A program made the translations under genes and the position numbers. From Candidatus Woesebacteria bacterium GW2011_GWA1_39_21 (GTDB lineage: Bacteria; Patescibacteriota; Microgenomatia; UBA8517), in assembly GCA_000993685.1 (NCBI GenBank), contig LBWP01000004.1, positions 4,055-68,054 of the forward strand: 64,000 nt of DNA, in the 5' to 3' direction. The notes below the pieces were generated by a model, which worked only from the letters and a program-made list of their open reading frames with translations, was not told where the DNA came from and ran no database searches. The first letter of the stretch is position 1; every line of letters begins with the position of its first letter. This document shows positions 1 to 10,089 of this stretch, piece by piece.

Positions 1-930
1 ATCAGATTAATCACTGACATTTCACCAAAAGGTATTGAGCAAACAACCGGTGGAGGTACACTCTCAATTCTTGTCGTTGACTCCGACTTACAACCAGTAA
101 ACCAAGCCGACGTAACAATTACAAGCACGGGAACAACCCCGCTTATCAATTTATCAATAAAAACCGCAGATAACGGAAGAGTACTTTTACCTGGCGCTCC
201 ACCATGTAACAACGCATGTTATTCCATCACAATCTCAAAAGACGGATACTCAAGTGAACGAACATACTCAACTGCAGAAGTTGCGAACCCAGATAAACCA
301 AACTTGTCGATTATCAGAGGCCAGTTGACTGAAGCCACCTTTTTCATCGACAAAGTTGGACAGATGATGATTACCTCGTACGCCGATAACGACGGTGTTT
401 TTGAAATACTTCCAAATACAACTTTTACCCTAATTGGGCAAAAGACAATCGGAACAGACGACGATGACAACCCCGTAATCAAATATCAACAAACCTTTAC
501 AACCGGTGATGATGGAAAGAAAACAATCCCCGACTTAGAATGGGACAAGTATCAACTAATAATCGATTCGGGTGTCGGTGATATTTCCGGTGTAAATCCA
601 TTTGAACCAATTGACCTCCCACCGGCAAGTGAGCAAAATGTAGACTTTTCGGTAGGAGACGACACACAAAACAGTATTCTTGTGACATTCATTAACGCCT
701 CAGAGACTCCTATCGCGTCGGTGTCAGCAAAAATTTTCGACGATCTGGAATTTGAAGCAACAGCTTCGAGCGGTTTAACAGAAAATCCAAATTTTGGACA
801 AGTGTTTTTTGACAACCTGTCAAGAAAAATCTACAACTTCCAAGCCACAGCGTCAGGTTATTCTGTATATTCTGGAACCATGGATGTTTATAACTACAAA
901 CAGATTAATGTAACCATGAATCCAATATGA
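1..930 (+). CDS. 5'-truncated type IV minor pilin-associated protein with carboxypeptidase-regulatory-like beta-sandwich repeats
   Basis: Frame is open from base 1 (IRLITDISPKGIEQTTGGGTLSILVVDS...), so it is longer than the 304..930 ORF. Repeated GxLxIxVxD / Y-x-F-x-A-T-A-x-GY beta motifs; stop overlaps the next pilin gene (ATGA). Confidence 0.6.
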   Translation: MRLITDISPKGIEQTTGGGTLSILVVDSDLQPVNQADVTITSTGTTPLINLSIKTADNGRVLLPGAPPCNNACYSITISKDGYSSERTYSTAEVANPDKPNLSIIRGQLTEATFFIDKVGQMMITSYADNDGVFEILPNTTFTLIGQKTIGTDDDDNPVIKYQQTFTTGDDGKKTIPDLEWDKYQLIIDSGVGDISGVNPFEPIDLPPASEQNVDFSVGDDTQNSILVTFINASETPIASVSAKIFDDLEFEATASSGLTENPNFGQVFFDNLSRKIYNFQATASGYSVYSGTMDVYNYKQINVTMNPI

Positions 931-1541
931 AAAATTATAAACAAACACAAGGCGTAACTATTATTGAGCTTCTTATCGCCATCGCAATTACCAGTATCAT
1001 TGGACTGGGAATTGTTGCTCTACAATACATCCTCGGGCAAAACCAGATCGCCATCACAACCAGCTACAAATCTATTGAGGATGCTAATTATGCTTCGAGT
1101 ATGATCTCAAAAGAATTGAGAAGGGCAAGTCAATCTGAAACAGGTTCCTACCTCCTGTCAAACGCGAGTGACCAAAATATTGTTTTTTATTCCGACTACG
1201 ACCTAGACGGGCGAATTGAAAGAGTCCAGTACCAATTGGTTGGAACTACTCTAACCAAAACAATTACCAAGCCAACTGGCACACCGGTAACATATTCGAC
1301 CGACACGACAAACACAACGATTAGTGACATAATAAGAAATGGAAGCGATCCATTGTTTTATTATTACAACGAAAACTATCCGACCGACACGGAGAATAAT
1401 CCTTTACCCGCAAACCAGCGATTGTCGGACACAAGGTCGATAGGAATTCATTTGAAAGTAAACACAAACGCCAACGATAATACAAAAGATTATGTTGTCG
1501 ATTCTTTTATAAATATCAGGATGCTTAAGGATAATTTATAA
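927..1541 (+). CDS. Type IV minor pilin (PilW/PulJ-like)
   Basis: Class III signal QG|VTIIELLIAIAI with Glu+5 followed by a hydrophobic helix. Confidence 0.85.
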   Translation: MKNYKQTQGVTIIELLIAIAITSIIGLGIVALQYILGQNQIAITTSYKSIEDANYASSMISKELRRASQSETGSYLLSNASDQNIVFYSDYDLDGRIERVQYQLVGTTLTKTITKPTGTPVTYSTDTTNTTISDIIRNGSDPLFYYYNENYPTDTENNPLPANQRLSDTRSIGIHLKVNTNANDNTKDYVVDSFINIRMLKDNL

Positions 1542-1565
1542 ACAATCTCCAAGTATTTAACACTT

Positions 1566-2987
1566 ATGAACATGGGGGAAAATATAATAAAAAAAACCGG
1601 TTCTGCCACTCCATTAATTTTAATGATTGCCACGTCTTTTATATTCATTATCTATGGACTCCTTTTCGTTTTGGGAATACAAATGGACAACTCCAACAGA
1701 CAAACAGCTTCAGAAAAAGCATTAAACATTGCTGAAGCTGGAATTAATTACTATAAATGGCATTTGGCTCATGACCCCGAGGATTTCAAAGATGGAACAG
1801 ACAACGATGGTCCATACATTCATGAATACAAAGATCCGCAAGGCGACACCGTCGGATCCTACAGCTTGATGGTCACCCCTCCGCAAAATGGGTCAACAAT
1901 CGTCACGATTGAATCCACCGGATGGACAAAGGAGTATCCAAAAGTCAAAAGAACGATCAAGGCACAATATGGTATACCATCGTTAGCCGAATTTTCCTTT
2001 GTCTCAAACGCAAGTACTTGGTACGGTGCCGGAATAACCGTAAACGGAAAAATTCATTCAAATAACGGCATCCGCATGGATGGAACAAATACTTCTCTTG
2101 TGACAAGTGCCCAGGAGACCTATATGTGTGGAAGTGAAACAGGATGCTCTCCACCAACTCAAAAACCCGGTGTTTGGGGATCCGGCGGCGACAGTGGTTT
2201 ATGGCAATTCCCAATTCCGATTATTGACTTTGACAGCATCGCTGTTAATTTTGACGCAATGCGAACCGCAGCTGTTGACACTGGGCTTTATTTGGACGAT
2301 TCAAACGCTTCCGGGTACCATCTGATTTTCAACAGTACCGGAACGGTTACTATAAATAAAGTCTTGTCCACATCAAATATACGGGGCTACAGCGTTCCCG
2401 GGCAGGGTTTGGGTGCACTTGGTTTGGGGGGTTGTAGAGATACAAACCAGGTAATCAATAGCGAAACTCTCGTTGGAACATACAACATCAACGAAACTCC
2501 GATAATTTTCGCTGAAGACGATCTTTGGGTGGAGGGAACATTAAGAGGAAGAATTACCGTTACTGCAGTAAGGTTTCCACTTACATCCAGCAATGCTGTT
2601 ATTTGGATTCCAAACAACATCACCTACACTACATACGACGGAAGCGACATTTTAGGACTTGTTGCACAAAACAATATTTACTTCGCAAAAAATATTCCTG
2701 ACTATTTTCAGGTAGATGCAATACTAATTGCCCAAAAAGGAAATGCCATGAGACACTATTACTATCAAGGTTGTGGGGGAACTCAAAACGCGGTTAGACA
2801 GAAACTAACCATCAACGGATCGCTCATTTCATATTACAAGTCATATTGGAACTTCGGTTCAGCACCGGATTCAGGATTTCGCGAAAGGGTCATTAACTTT
2901 GACAACAACTCTTTATACAACCCGCCACCATATTTTCCCACCTCCGGAGAATATGAATTCATTTCCTGGAGCGAGGAAAAAAATTAA
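1566..2987 (+). CDS. PilX-like large minor pilin / pilus tip protein
   Basis: G|SATPLILMI hydrophobic N-terminus without Glu+5; ALNIAEAGI PilX-N motif; C-terminal PPP.F...WxE; follows other minor pilins. Confidence 0.8.
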   Translation: MNMGENIIKKTGSATPLILMIATSFIFIIYGLLFVLGIQMDNSNRQTASEKALNIAEAGINYYKWHLAHDPEDFKDGTDNDGPYIHEYKDPQGDTVGSYSLMVTPPQNGSTIVTIESTGWTKEYPKVKRTIKAQYGIPSLAEFSFVSNASTWYGAGITVNGKIHSNNGIRMDGTNTSLVTSAQETYMCGSETGCSPPTQKPGVWGSGGDSGLWQFPIPIIDFDSIAVNFDAMRTAAVDTGLYLDDSNASGYHLIFNSTGTVTINKVLSTSNIRGYSVPGQGLGALGLGGCRDTNQVINSETLVGTYNINETPIIFAEDDLWVEGTLRGRITVTAVRFPLTSSNAVIWIPNNITYTTYDGSDILGLVAQNNIYFAKNIPDYFQVDAILIAQKGNAMRHYYYQGCGGTQNAVRQKLTINGSLISYYKSYWNFGSAPDSGFRERVINFDNNSLYNPPPYFPTSGEYEFISWSEEKN

Positions 2988-2997
2988 ATAATCGAGA

Positions 2998-3705
2998 CTA
3001 CGGCACCGGAGTGGGAGTCGTGTTAACGGTGCAAAATGTGTTTGAAATAATTGCCCTATTTTTGACAATACTACTGCTCCAAGTGTCACAATCGGCCTTA
3101 ACCGGAGCATAGTTTGTATTAGTATTGTACACAGAGTATGGTGTCGGCGTCGGAGTTACGATAGACGCCACCGTCGGGGTTGAGGTTGGAAAATCTACAA
3201 CACCACTAAATTCGTCATCACCACCGTCTTCATCATCGTCCCCATTTCCAAATAAATCAGAAACATTAATATCAGAGTATTTGATAAGGATTGGTTCGAC
3301 TATATCAGCCACCTCGCCGTCATTTGAATCGACACAAACCGTTACCGATTTACCATCAAGATACATAAAAACCTTATACCCGCAGTCTCCGCCACTAACT
3401 TTGTGGGTCAAATAATTCCTGGCTTTTTGTTCCATCAACGAAAAAAAAGAATTGATTTGCGAGGCGTCCCAGTATTCACTGTAAACTTTATCTTTGGAAC
3501 GATATTCTACCAAACCATTTTGATTGATCGTAATTATTTCTTCCCCCTTAACGATCTGAATTTGGTCTTCGGAAATCTGGGTCGTGCTCTTTTTGTTTCT
3601 TCCGAATACCAAGGAAACTACAACTATTGATAACAATAAACCAATCAGAACAAGTCCAATGTGTGTAGGATTGCTGAAAAATTTTCGCCAATTTATCTTT
3701 TGCAT
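2998..3705 (-). CDS. Membrane-anchored hypothetical protein with acidic and Pro/Thr-rich tracts
   Basis: N-terminal TM helix, DDDEDGGDDE tract, PTPTP linker, Cys pairs; co-oriented downstream of pilC. Confidence 0.7.
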   Translation of the reverse strand: MQKINWRKFFSNPTHIGLVLIGLLLSIVVVSLVFGRNKKSTTQISEDQIQIVKGEEIITINQNGLVEYRSKDKVYSEYWDASQINSFFSLMEQKARNYLTHKVSGGDCGYKVFMYLDGKSVTVCVDSNDGEVADIVEPILIKYSDINVSDLFGNGDDDEDGGDDEFSGVVDFPTSTPTVASIVTPTPTPYSVYNTNTNYAPVKADCDTWSSSIVKNRAIISNTFCTVNTTPTPVP

Positions 3706-3723
3706 CGGTTAAATTTACACTCA

Positions 3724-4932
3724 CTAAAACTGATTCATTCCACCAACGAGAGAGTAGATCGGAGTAATCATAATAATTACCATCGCCCCAACGGCGATAC
3801 CGATTACAAGCATTAATAGAGGCTCCAAAAGTGACGTCAACTTCTTTAGGTTATAGTCAACTTCCCGTTCGTAAAATTCAGCCATCTCTTCCAAAACCGA
3901 CTCTAAACTTCCACTTTTCTCCCCAGCTTTTATTGTTTGAACAACGGTTGAGGGAAAGACTTTCTTGCCGGACATTATTATTTCAGATAGTTGTTTTCCC
4001 TGCGCAATTCCAGCACTGAATTGTTTTGCTTGTTTACGGAGCGCCGGCTGACGCAAGACGTTTGAACAGACCTCAAGACAAACCATAATCGGCACACCAC
4101 TTGCAAGGAGCGTCGAAAGTGTTCGGGAAAAACGTGCAACATCAATTTGGATCACAATACCCTTAATTGCAGGGAGCCCCATAAAAAAATCAAAAATTGC
4201 ATCTCGGGTTTTTTGAATATTAAAAAGCATAAACACAATGAAGGCAAAGGCAAAGACGCCCACTAAAACTTCAGTTGTATATTTACCAACAAATTCCCCA
4301 ACACTCAAAACGAACTTTGTCGCAGGTGGTAATTTGACATTTAATTGAAAAAACACAGTCGCCAACTTCGGAAGTACAAAAACAAGCATCACTACAAAAT
4401 TGGCAATCATTGCGCCAACAATCACAATAGGATACATCATCGCACCCTTAACCTTTTGAATCAACTCATAAGTTAGAATTAATTGTTTTGCCATATAATC
4501 GAAAGATTTGTCCATCGTTCCCGATTCTTCACCAGCTTTGATCATTGTCAAAAATACCGGGTCAAAATCCCGTTTATATTTTGATAAAACAGAGGACATT
4601 GTTTTTCCTTTCCTCACCTCAAATGAAACATCCATCAGAACCTTCTTTAACTTACGGCTTTTTGCCTCGTCCTTTAAAATGTCAATCGCTTCAGGCAATG
4701 GTAAACCAGCACGGAGCATAGTTGCCAAAAATCTACAAAAGGCGGCCTTGTCGGAAATTGATATCGAACCACTCAATATCCCTCCAATGTTCTGATCAAC
4801 TTTTTTAATCGTTAAAATTTTATACCCATCTGAAACCAAAGTTGCAGCCGCGTCCTTTATACTTGGGGCTTGAATTAAATCTTCGACCACCTTACCTTTT
4901 TGATCCTTTACTTTATATGAATATAGCGTCAT
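3724..4932 (-). CDS. pilC: Type IV pilus platform protein PilC (T2SS F family)
   Basis: Two T2SSF repeats (LATMLRAGLPL, AGEESG; LSTLLASGVP, AGEKSG), AMMYP, LLEP. Confidence 0.95.
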   Translation of the reverse strand: MTLYSYKVKDQKGKVVEDLIQAPSIKDAAATLVSDGYKILTIKKVDQNIGGILSGSISISDKAAFCRFLATMLRAGLPLPEAIDILKDEAKSRKLKKVLMDVSFEVRKGKTMSSVLSKYKRDFDPVFLTMIKAGEESGTMDKSFDYMAKQLILTYELIQKVKGAMMYPIVIVGAMIANFVVMLVFVLPKLATVFFQLNVKLPPATKFVLSVGEFVGKYTTEVLVGVFAFAFIVFMLFNIQKTRDAIFDFFMGLPAIKGIVIQIDVARFSRTLSTLLASGVPIMVCLEVCSNVLRQPALRKQAKQFSAGIAQGKQLSEIIMSGKKVFPSTVVQTIKAGEKSGSLESVLEEMAEFYEREVDYNLKKLTSLLEPLLMLVIGIAVGAMVIIMITPIYSLVGGMNQF

Positions 4933-4938
4933 AGGCTC

Positions 4939-6618
4939 TTACTCTTCGTTTGCAACTCTGAAAACTTCCTCTATGGTTGTCAAACCGGCCGCAATCTTGT
5001 CCATTCCGTCTCGCATCATAGTAATCATTCCTTCACTCACGGCCTCCTTAAAGAGCTGCTCTGTGGTTGGCTTCTGCACGATAATCTGCCTTAATTTTTC
5101 AGTTATTGGCATAATCTCGTAAATTCCAACTCTTCCTAAGTAACCTTTATGATTACAATCATTACAACCCTTACCTTTGTAAAACTTGAGCTTATCGTAA
5201 CCATCACCGAGTTCCTTTGAAATCTTTTTCACAATACTTTCATCTGGTGTGTATTTTGTTATACAAGAAGGACAAATCTTTCGCACCAGCCGTTGTGCAA
5301 CAACCACATTCAAAGTTGAAGCCAGTAAAAACGCTGCTGCACCCATATCCAAAAGCCTTGGGACTGCGCCTGCTGCGGTATTTGTGTGAAGCGTTGATAA
5401 AACCAAATGTCCGGTGAGGGCTGCATGGATAGCAATTTCTGCTGTTTCTTCGTCACGGATTTCTCCAACCATAATATTATCAGGGTCATGCCGCATCAAC
5501 GCGCGCAGACCGGCTGCAAAGGTTAAGCCTGTTTTTGAGTTCACTTGGATCTGGGTTACCCTGTTCATTCCGTATTCGATAGGGTCTTCAATCGTACACA
5601 TCTTTACCTCAGCGGTATTTAGAATATTCATGATCGAATAAAGTGTGGTTGTCTTACCCGATCCGGTTGGTCCCGTCACCAAAATCATTCCATGTGGTTT
5701 CATACAATTCTCTCGCAAAATCATAAGACCGTGTCCGGTGATACCCAACTCTTCCAAACTTAACGGGCGATTTGTCTCACGAAGAATTCTCATGACAACA
5801 TTCTCACCATAAAATCCTGGAATTATGGAGATTCTTAAAGCGATTGCTTCGTCGTCAACATTAAACTTATGCCTACCGTCTTGGGGTATACGATGTTCAT
5901 CAATCTTTAAATTAGACAAAATCTTAATTCTGGCGACGAGCGCTTCCTCAATTCCTTTTTGAAACTTGAACATATCACGAAGCACTCCGTCGATTCTAAA
6001 ACGGATAACCACACTCTCGGCTTGAGATTCAATGTGAATATCAGAAGCACGAAGTGCAACGGCGTATTCGGAGATTGTATTTAAAATCTTTACGACAGGT
6101 ACATCCTCAGCCGCTTTTTCTAAACTTTCGCCTGGCGCAACTTTCTTGACATTCTCAGAAATAATTTTTTCGAAATCACTTTTCAGATTTTTCTTGTATT
6201 GTCCAAGAGCTTTCGAAATATCCTCACTTCTGGCAAAATATGGTTCGATTTCACACCCGGTCTGCCGTTTGACAAATTCAATTGCCTCAAAATCCTCCGG
6301 ATTCTCCATCGCCAACTTAATCTTTTTGTCTTTGGCCTCAAACGGAATCATCCGATACGTTCTAGCAAGTTTTTCCGGAATGAGATTCAAAATTTCGGTC
6401 GAAATGAAAAGCCGTCTGACATCAGCGTATGGAATATTTAAATATTCCGAGATTATTTTTCCAAGCGCATCCTCGCTAATCAGACCCCTAAAGATCAAAA
6501 CATCAGACACATCTCTACCTTGGTCTTGGGAGGACTTAAGTGCATCATCAAAGTCGGGTTCTTTTACATACCCTGACCCAACCAGTATTTTCTTGAGTTT
6601 TTCAGGAGATATCAACAT
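4939..6618 (-). CDS. pilB: Type IV pilus assembly ATPase PilB
   Basis: ASDIHIE, RIPQDGR, Walker A GPTGSGKTT, TIEDPIE, MVGEIRD, CxxC...CxxC. ATG at 6618 preferred over TTG at 6639. Confidence 0.95.
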   Translation of the reverse strand: MLISPEKLKKILVGSGYVKEPDFDDALKSSQDQGRDVSDVLIFRGLISEDALGKIISEYLNIPYADVRRLFISTEILNLIPEKLARTYRMIPFEAKDKKIKLAMENPEDFEAIEFVKRQTGCEIEPYFARSEDISKALGQYKKNLKSDFEKIISENVKKVAPGESLEKAAEDVPVVKILNTISEYAVALRASDIHIESQAESVVIRFRIDGVLRDMFKFQKGIEEALVARIKILSNLKIDEHRIPQDGRHKFNVDDEAIALRISIIPGFYGENVVMRILRETNRPLSLEELGITGHGLMILRENCMKPHGMILVTGPTGSGKTTTLYSIMNILNTAEVKMCTIEDPIEYGMNRVTQIQVNSKTGLTFAAGLRALMRHDPDNIMVGEIRDEETAEIAIHAALTGHLVLSTLHTNTAAGAVPRLLDMGAAAFLLASTLNVVVAQRLVRKICPSCITKYTPDESIVKKISKELGDGYDKLKFYKGKGCNDCNHKGYLGRVGIYEIMPITEKLRQIIVQKPTTEQLFKEAVSEGMITMMRDGMDKIAAGLTTIEEVFRVANEE

Positions 6619-6865
6619 GGGCAAGCGACACTTTTCCAACTAGCTGTGTGGACTAAGAGGTTAAGTGTATATTTTTATTATATTATAAAAATCACACTTC
6701 AAAATTACTAATTTTAATTGTAACCATTTGCTTGCAGATTTTTCTTTCCAGGCTTACCTTAAACAAGGTTCTTATCCAGAAGTATGATTGGAATATCTGT
6801 TATAGGTTAAAGTATCTCCCTAAGTTGTTTCTAATGGAGCTTTTGTTAAATATCAGCCTCTTAAA

Positions 6866-6900
6866 AAATTAAAACCCACACTTCGTATGGGTTTTAATTT
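6866..6900. terminator. Intrinsic terminator downstream of rnpB
   Basis: 13-bp perfect inverted repeat AAATTAAAACCCA / TGGGTTTTAATTT directly after the RNase P RNA 3' end. Confidence 0.75.
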
Positions 6901-6901
6901 G

Positions 6902-7441
6902 CCTTGGAGGAGAGTAAGCCAGATTCTGTTTCCCCCAATTAAATCGGGGTTAGCAATCATCTGTCTATCTTAAAAATACCCTTGCGAATATTTTCAAGAT
7001 ACCTTGTTTGATAACACAAAGTAATCAACAAGATTGCCCTCAATCTTCGAGACTCGGAAAAGCAAACCTGTATCGTCTCGTTCGGAGGTTGCAGCGGGTG
7101 GGATTGTCGCGTTTCACCCCGCACCTTTCTTTTAAAAAAGTTTGGACTCGTCTCTGTGACTCTCTGAAAATGTTAATTCACCTTCAGCCCCGATTAGATC
7201 GGGGACCAGATGTTCTCAAGTACCAGAAGGTACTCAATATCATTCGGAGGTTACCCTCCGACCCCTTGCTTTTTGCTGTCTGGACTTTCCTCCCCGCCAC
7301 TTTACTTGTCAAGGCTATCGTTTTTCCACCCCAGAAAGGCGAAACGCCTCAAATGGCGTTGAGCAGTTTTCGGCTTCCTTTTCTGGATTCTCAAAAGTCT
7401 TTACCGGTAAAGAGGCGGGGCGATTGCCCTTCCTCCAAAGC
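6902..7441 (-). ncRNA. rnpB: RNase P RNA (enlarged, ~540 nt)
   Basis: Minus strand has, in order, GAGGAAAGTCC, GTCACAGAGACGA, GGGTGAAACG, TAGACAGATGAT and ACAGAATCTGGCTTA. Closing P1 helix CTTTGGAGGA / TCCTCCAAGG; P2 GGCAATC / GATTGCT. Confidence 0.95.
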
Positions 7442-7447
7442 AAGAAT

Positions 7448-7456
7448 ATTATACCA
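7448..7456 (-). promoter_or_regulatory. Extended -10 promoter of rnpB
   Basis: TGGTATAAT on the minus strand about 7 nt upstream of P1. Confidence 0.7.
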
Positions 7457-7485
7457 TAAAAAGGATGAGTGAATACTATAAGATA

Positions 7486-8523
7486 TCACATTGGGGAACT
7501 CTTGTCTTTGTAGTTTTTACTCAAAATGCACTCCCTAATTACAACCTGTATACCCAAAACTACAGGGATGGCGATTATTGCGCCTGCTACTCCGTGGATT
7601 CGAAATCCGACACTCAAAGCAACCAGCGTAACCACAGGATCCAGGCCAACAGATTTTCTCATAATGTTGGGGACAATAATGTAATTTTCTAAATGCTGAA
7701 CAAGAAATGCTAATGCCGCAACGCCCACTCCGACAAAAAACGATTGACCGAATCCGATAATAACAGCAGGTACGGCAGCGACAAAAGGACCAACCATAGG
7801 AACAATTTCCAGTAAACCTGCTAAAATTGCCAAGGGCAACGCATAAGGAACTCTCAAAATCTCAAGTCCAACAAAATTCAACAGACCCACAATCAACATT
7901 AATAAAAGCTCACCTTTAGCCCAATTCCCAATATTGTTCTCAATTTTGCCAATAAGGTCGATCACCTTTTCCGCACGGATGTTACCAAGCCAAGTTCTAA
8001 TTGATCGGTCGATCTTCTCGCGCGACAAAAGCATATAAAAAGACAGAATTAAAACCATCACCACATTCAAAACATTCGAAGAAACGGAGATTGCTGTTTT
8101 TGCCAACTGGCTTGGCAGTTGACCAAGCTGTACCAAAAACTGCTGCAAAATCTGATCTTTAAAACCTGATGGGAGTGTAATTTTATTTATGTAATCGGGG
8201 ATGTTGGTTACAAAATTACCTGTTTCGTAAACCAAAGCCGGGGCAAGAATGTATATTGAAAAAGAAACGACACTTAAAAAGACAAAGTAAACAATTATTA
8301 CACCTAAAGTTCGTGGTACTTTTCGCCTTTCAAATTTCGCAATGTATGGTTCAAATGATGCAATAATCACAAAGGCTACCAGCAGTTGAAAAAGAATATC
8401 TCTTATGTAATATAAAAACCAAATACCCAGTAAAACAGAGACAAAAATTAAAACCGATTTGTACGTTACTTCAAATTTCTCATTCATTTTTAATTTAAGA
8501 CTCTCAAGTATTTTCTTAACCAA
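7486..8523 (-). CDS. AI-2E family transporter (UPF0118/PerM)
   Basis: Multi-TM protein with LEIVPMVGP, QHLENYIIVP.IM and GAIIAIP motifs; the start may be the ATG at 8487. Confidence 0.9.
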   Translation of the reverse strand: MVKKILESLKLKMNEKFEVTYKSVLIFVSVLLGIWFLYYIRDILFQLLVAFVIIASFEPYIAKFERRKVPRTLGVIIVYFVFLSVVSFSIYILAPALVYETGNFVTNIPDYINKITLPSGFKDQILQQFLVQLGQLPSQLAKTAISVSSNVLNVVMVLILSFYMLLSREKIDRSIRTWLGNIRAEKVIDLIGKIENNIGNWAKGELLLMLIVGLLNFVGLEILRVPYALPLAILAGLLEIVPMVGPFVAAVPAVIIGFGQSFFVGVGVAALAFLVQHLENYIIVPNIMRKSVGLDPVVTLVALSVGFRIHGVAGAIIAIPVVLGIQVVIRECILSKNYKDKSSPM

Positions 8524-8552
8524 GACCGTTCTTTACAATACTTGCAGTTCTC

Positions 8553-9554
8553 TTACTCTTCATGGTACCAACTTTGCACTCTTTTTTCCAGATCATCAAT
8601 CCAACGGGGAGAGGTGATATCAAACCAACAAATTCTTTTATCTTTTTTAAACCAGGTAAGTTGTCTTTTTACATATTTTCGCTCTTCCAAAATCCACTTC
8701 CGGATAAATTCTTCGCGGGTAGATTTTCCATTATTATAATCCCGAAACTGGAGATACCCCATCGCCTGCATCGATTTATAACGCCAGTCGACCCCACTTT
8801 TGATAAGCCGCAAAACCTCTTTTTCAAAACCGTCTTCAATTCTCTTATTTACTCGCCTGCTTACCCTTTCGTCCAAAGCTGATTTTTCAGCGAAGAGTCC
8901 GACGATAAGCAATTTGTCGTAATCAAGTACTTTCTGCATAGAAGATGAGTTTCTTCGGAGCCAGTCCGGATTAATTCTTTTGTACTCCGCAATTTCTATC
9001 GCGCGAATTAATCGACGCGGGTTTTTGATATCCGATTCATTAAGACGACTTATGAATTTTGCATCTGACTTTTCCAGAATTCGACGCAAACCTCCAACAT
9101 CAACGCCGTTTAACTTTTTCCTTAACAACAAATTTGGTGGAATTATCAAACTTGAAACGCCGTCCAAAAGCGCACTAATATAAAAGCCACTTCCTCCGGT
9201 AATTATCGAAAGCCTTTCTCTTTCCCAAATGTTGTTGACCACAAACGAGGCAAACGTCACGTAATCAGAGACATTAAAATCATCCTTCGGTTTGGCTAAA
9301 TCATAACCCCAAACTTTCACGCCCCTAATTTGATAATAGCCGTTTAACGAATTTCGAAATCCTTTTAGCGACTTCACGATTTTTAACTTTGCACCACTTA
9401 CCAGATCCTTTCCCGTTCCAATGTCCATTCCTTTGTACACCTGACGTGAATCGGCGGACACAATTTCTCCATGGTATTTCTTTGCAAGTCTTAGGGAAAG
9501 ATCTGTTTTACCGGAAGCGGTTGGTCCAACAATAATCAGAAGCTTCTTTAACAT
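8553..9554 (-). CDS. miaA: tRNA dimethylallyltransferase
   Basis: GPTASGKT, SADSRQVYKGMDIGTGK, GGSGFY, YVKRQLTWF. Confidence 0.95.
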   Translation of the reverse strand: MLKKLLIIVGPTASGKTDLSLRLAKKYHGEIVSADSRQVYKGMDIGTGKDLVSGAKLKIVKSLKGFRNSLNGYYQIRGVKVWGYDLAKPKDDFNVSDYVTFASFVVNNIWERERLSIITGGSGFYISALLDGVSSLIIPPNLLLRKKLNGVDVGGLRRILEKSDAKFISRLNESDIKNPRRLIRAIEIAEYKRINPDWLRRNSSSMQKVLDYDKLLIVGLFAEKSALDERVSRRVNKRIEDGFEKEVLRLIKSGVDWRYKSMQAMGYLQFRDYNNGKSTREEFIRKWILEERKYVKRQLTWFKKDKRICWFDITSPRWIDDLEKRVQSWYHEE

Positions 9555-9596
9555 GCCTTAGTATAACGCAATTACAGTATACGGCTGGATAAAAGA

Positions 9597-9875
9597 CTAT
9601 CGGCTAATTTGCTTTCTCAGTTCAGTCCCGGGAGTGAATTTCGGAAGACGGTGGCGTTTTATCGTTACGAGTTTTTCGGATTTGGGAATTTTAACAGTTT
9701 TTCCTTCTACCCAGCCAACTTTAAAAACCCCAAAACCCGAAAGAACAATCCGTTTTTCACCCTTGGAAAGAGCTCGTCCAATTTCATCAAGAAAAACATC
9801 AATCGCTTCCCGAGCAGCCTTGGTGGTCATGTGCGCTTTTCTGGCAACGAGTTCCGTAATTTCTCTCTTTGTCAT
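9597..9875 (-). CDS. hup: HU family DNA-binding protein
   Basis: MTKREI..., LSGFGVF, PKFTPG; 92 aa and basic. Confidence 0.9.
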   Translation of the reverse strand: MTKREITELVARKAHMTTKAAREAIDVFLDEIGRALSKGEKRIVLSGFGVFKVGWVEGKTVKIPKSEKLVTIKRHRLPKFTPGTELRKQISR

Positions 9876-9905
9876 AAATTTTGTCTACAAAAAAATAATG
9901 TCTTA

Positions 9906-10064
9906 AATAAACAACCCATACCTCTTGGACATGAGCTTTCTCGCCTAATAGGCTTAAAGAGTCCTTCGACTGTACTCAGGATGATTGACATGGCGAACCA
10001 TTTGTTCACTGCTTCGCTTCAGCACAGGGCTGACAGCCCTGAGTTTTCGCGAAGTTTGAATAAA
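9906..10064 (+). mobile_element. Two-hairpin repeat element, copy A (nested CCTTCGAC...GAACCAT module at 9963-10001)
   Basis: AATAAACAACC...TTTCTCGCC...TTGTTCACTGCTTCGCTTCA-hairpin-GTTTTCGCGAAGTTTGAATAAA, shared with five other copies. Confidence 0.8.
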
Positions 10065-10089
10065 GTCCCTATTATCAAAAGACAATAGA

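Noticed and set aside
7008-7472. 154-aa ORF on the + strand
   Set aside because: Antisense to the RNase P RNA and has no protein motifs.
9609-10088. 159-aa ORF, and the 14095..14298 ORF, sharing peptide similarity with the N-terminus of 50066..51922
   Set aside because: The similarity comes from translating the DNA repeat element; these are not a protein family.
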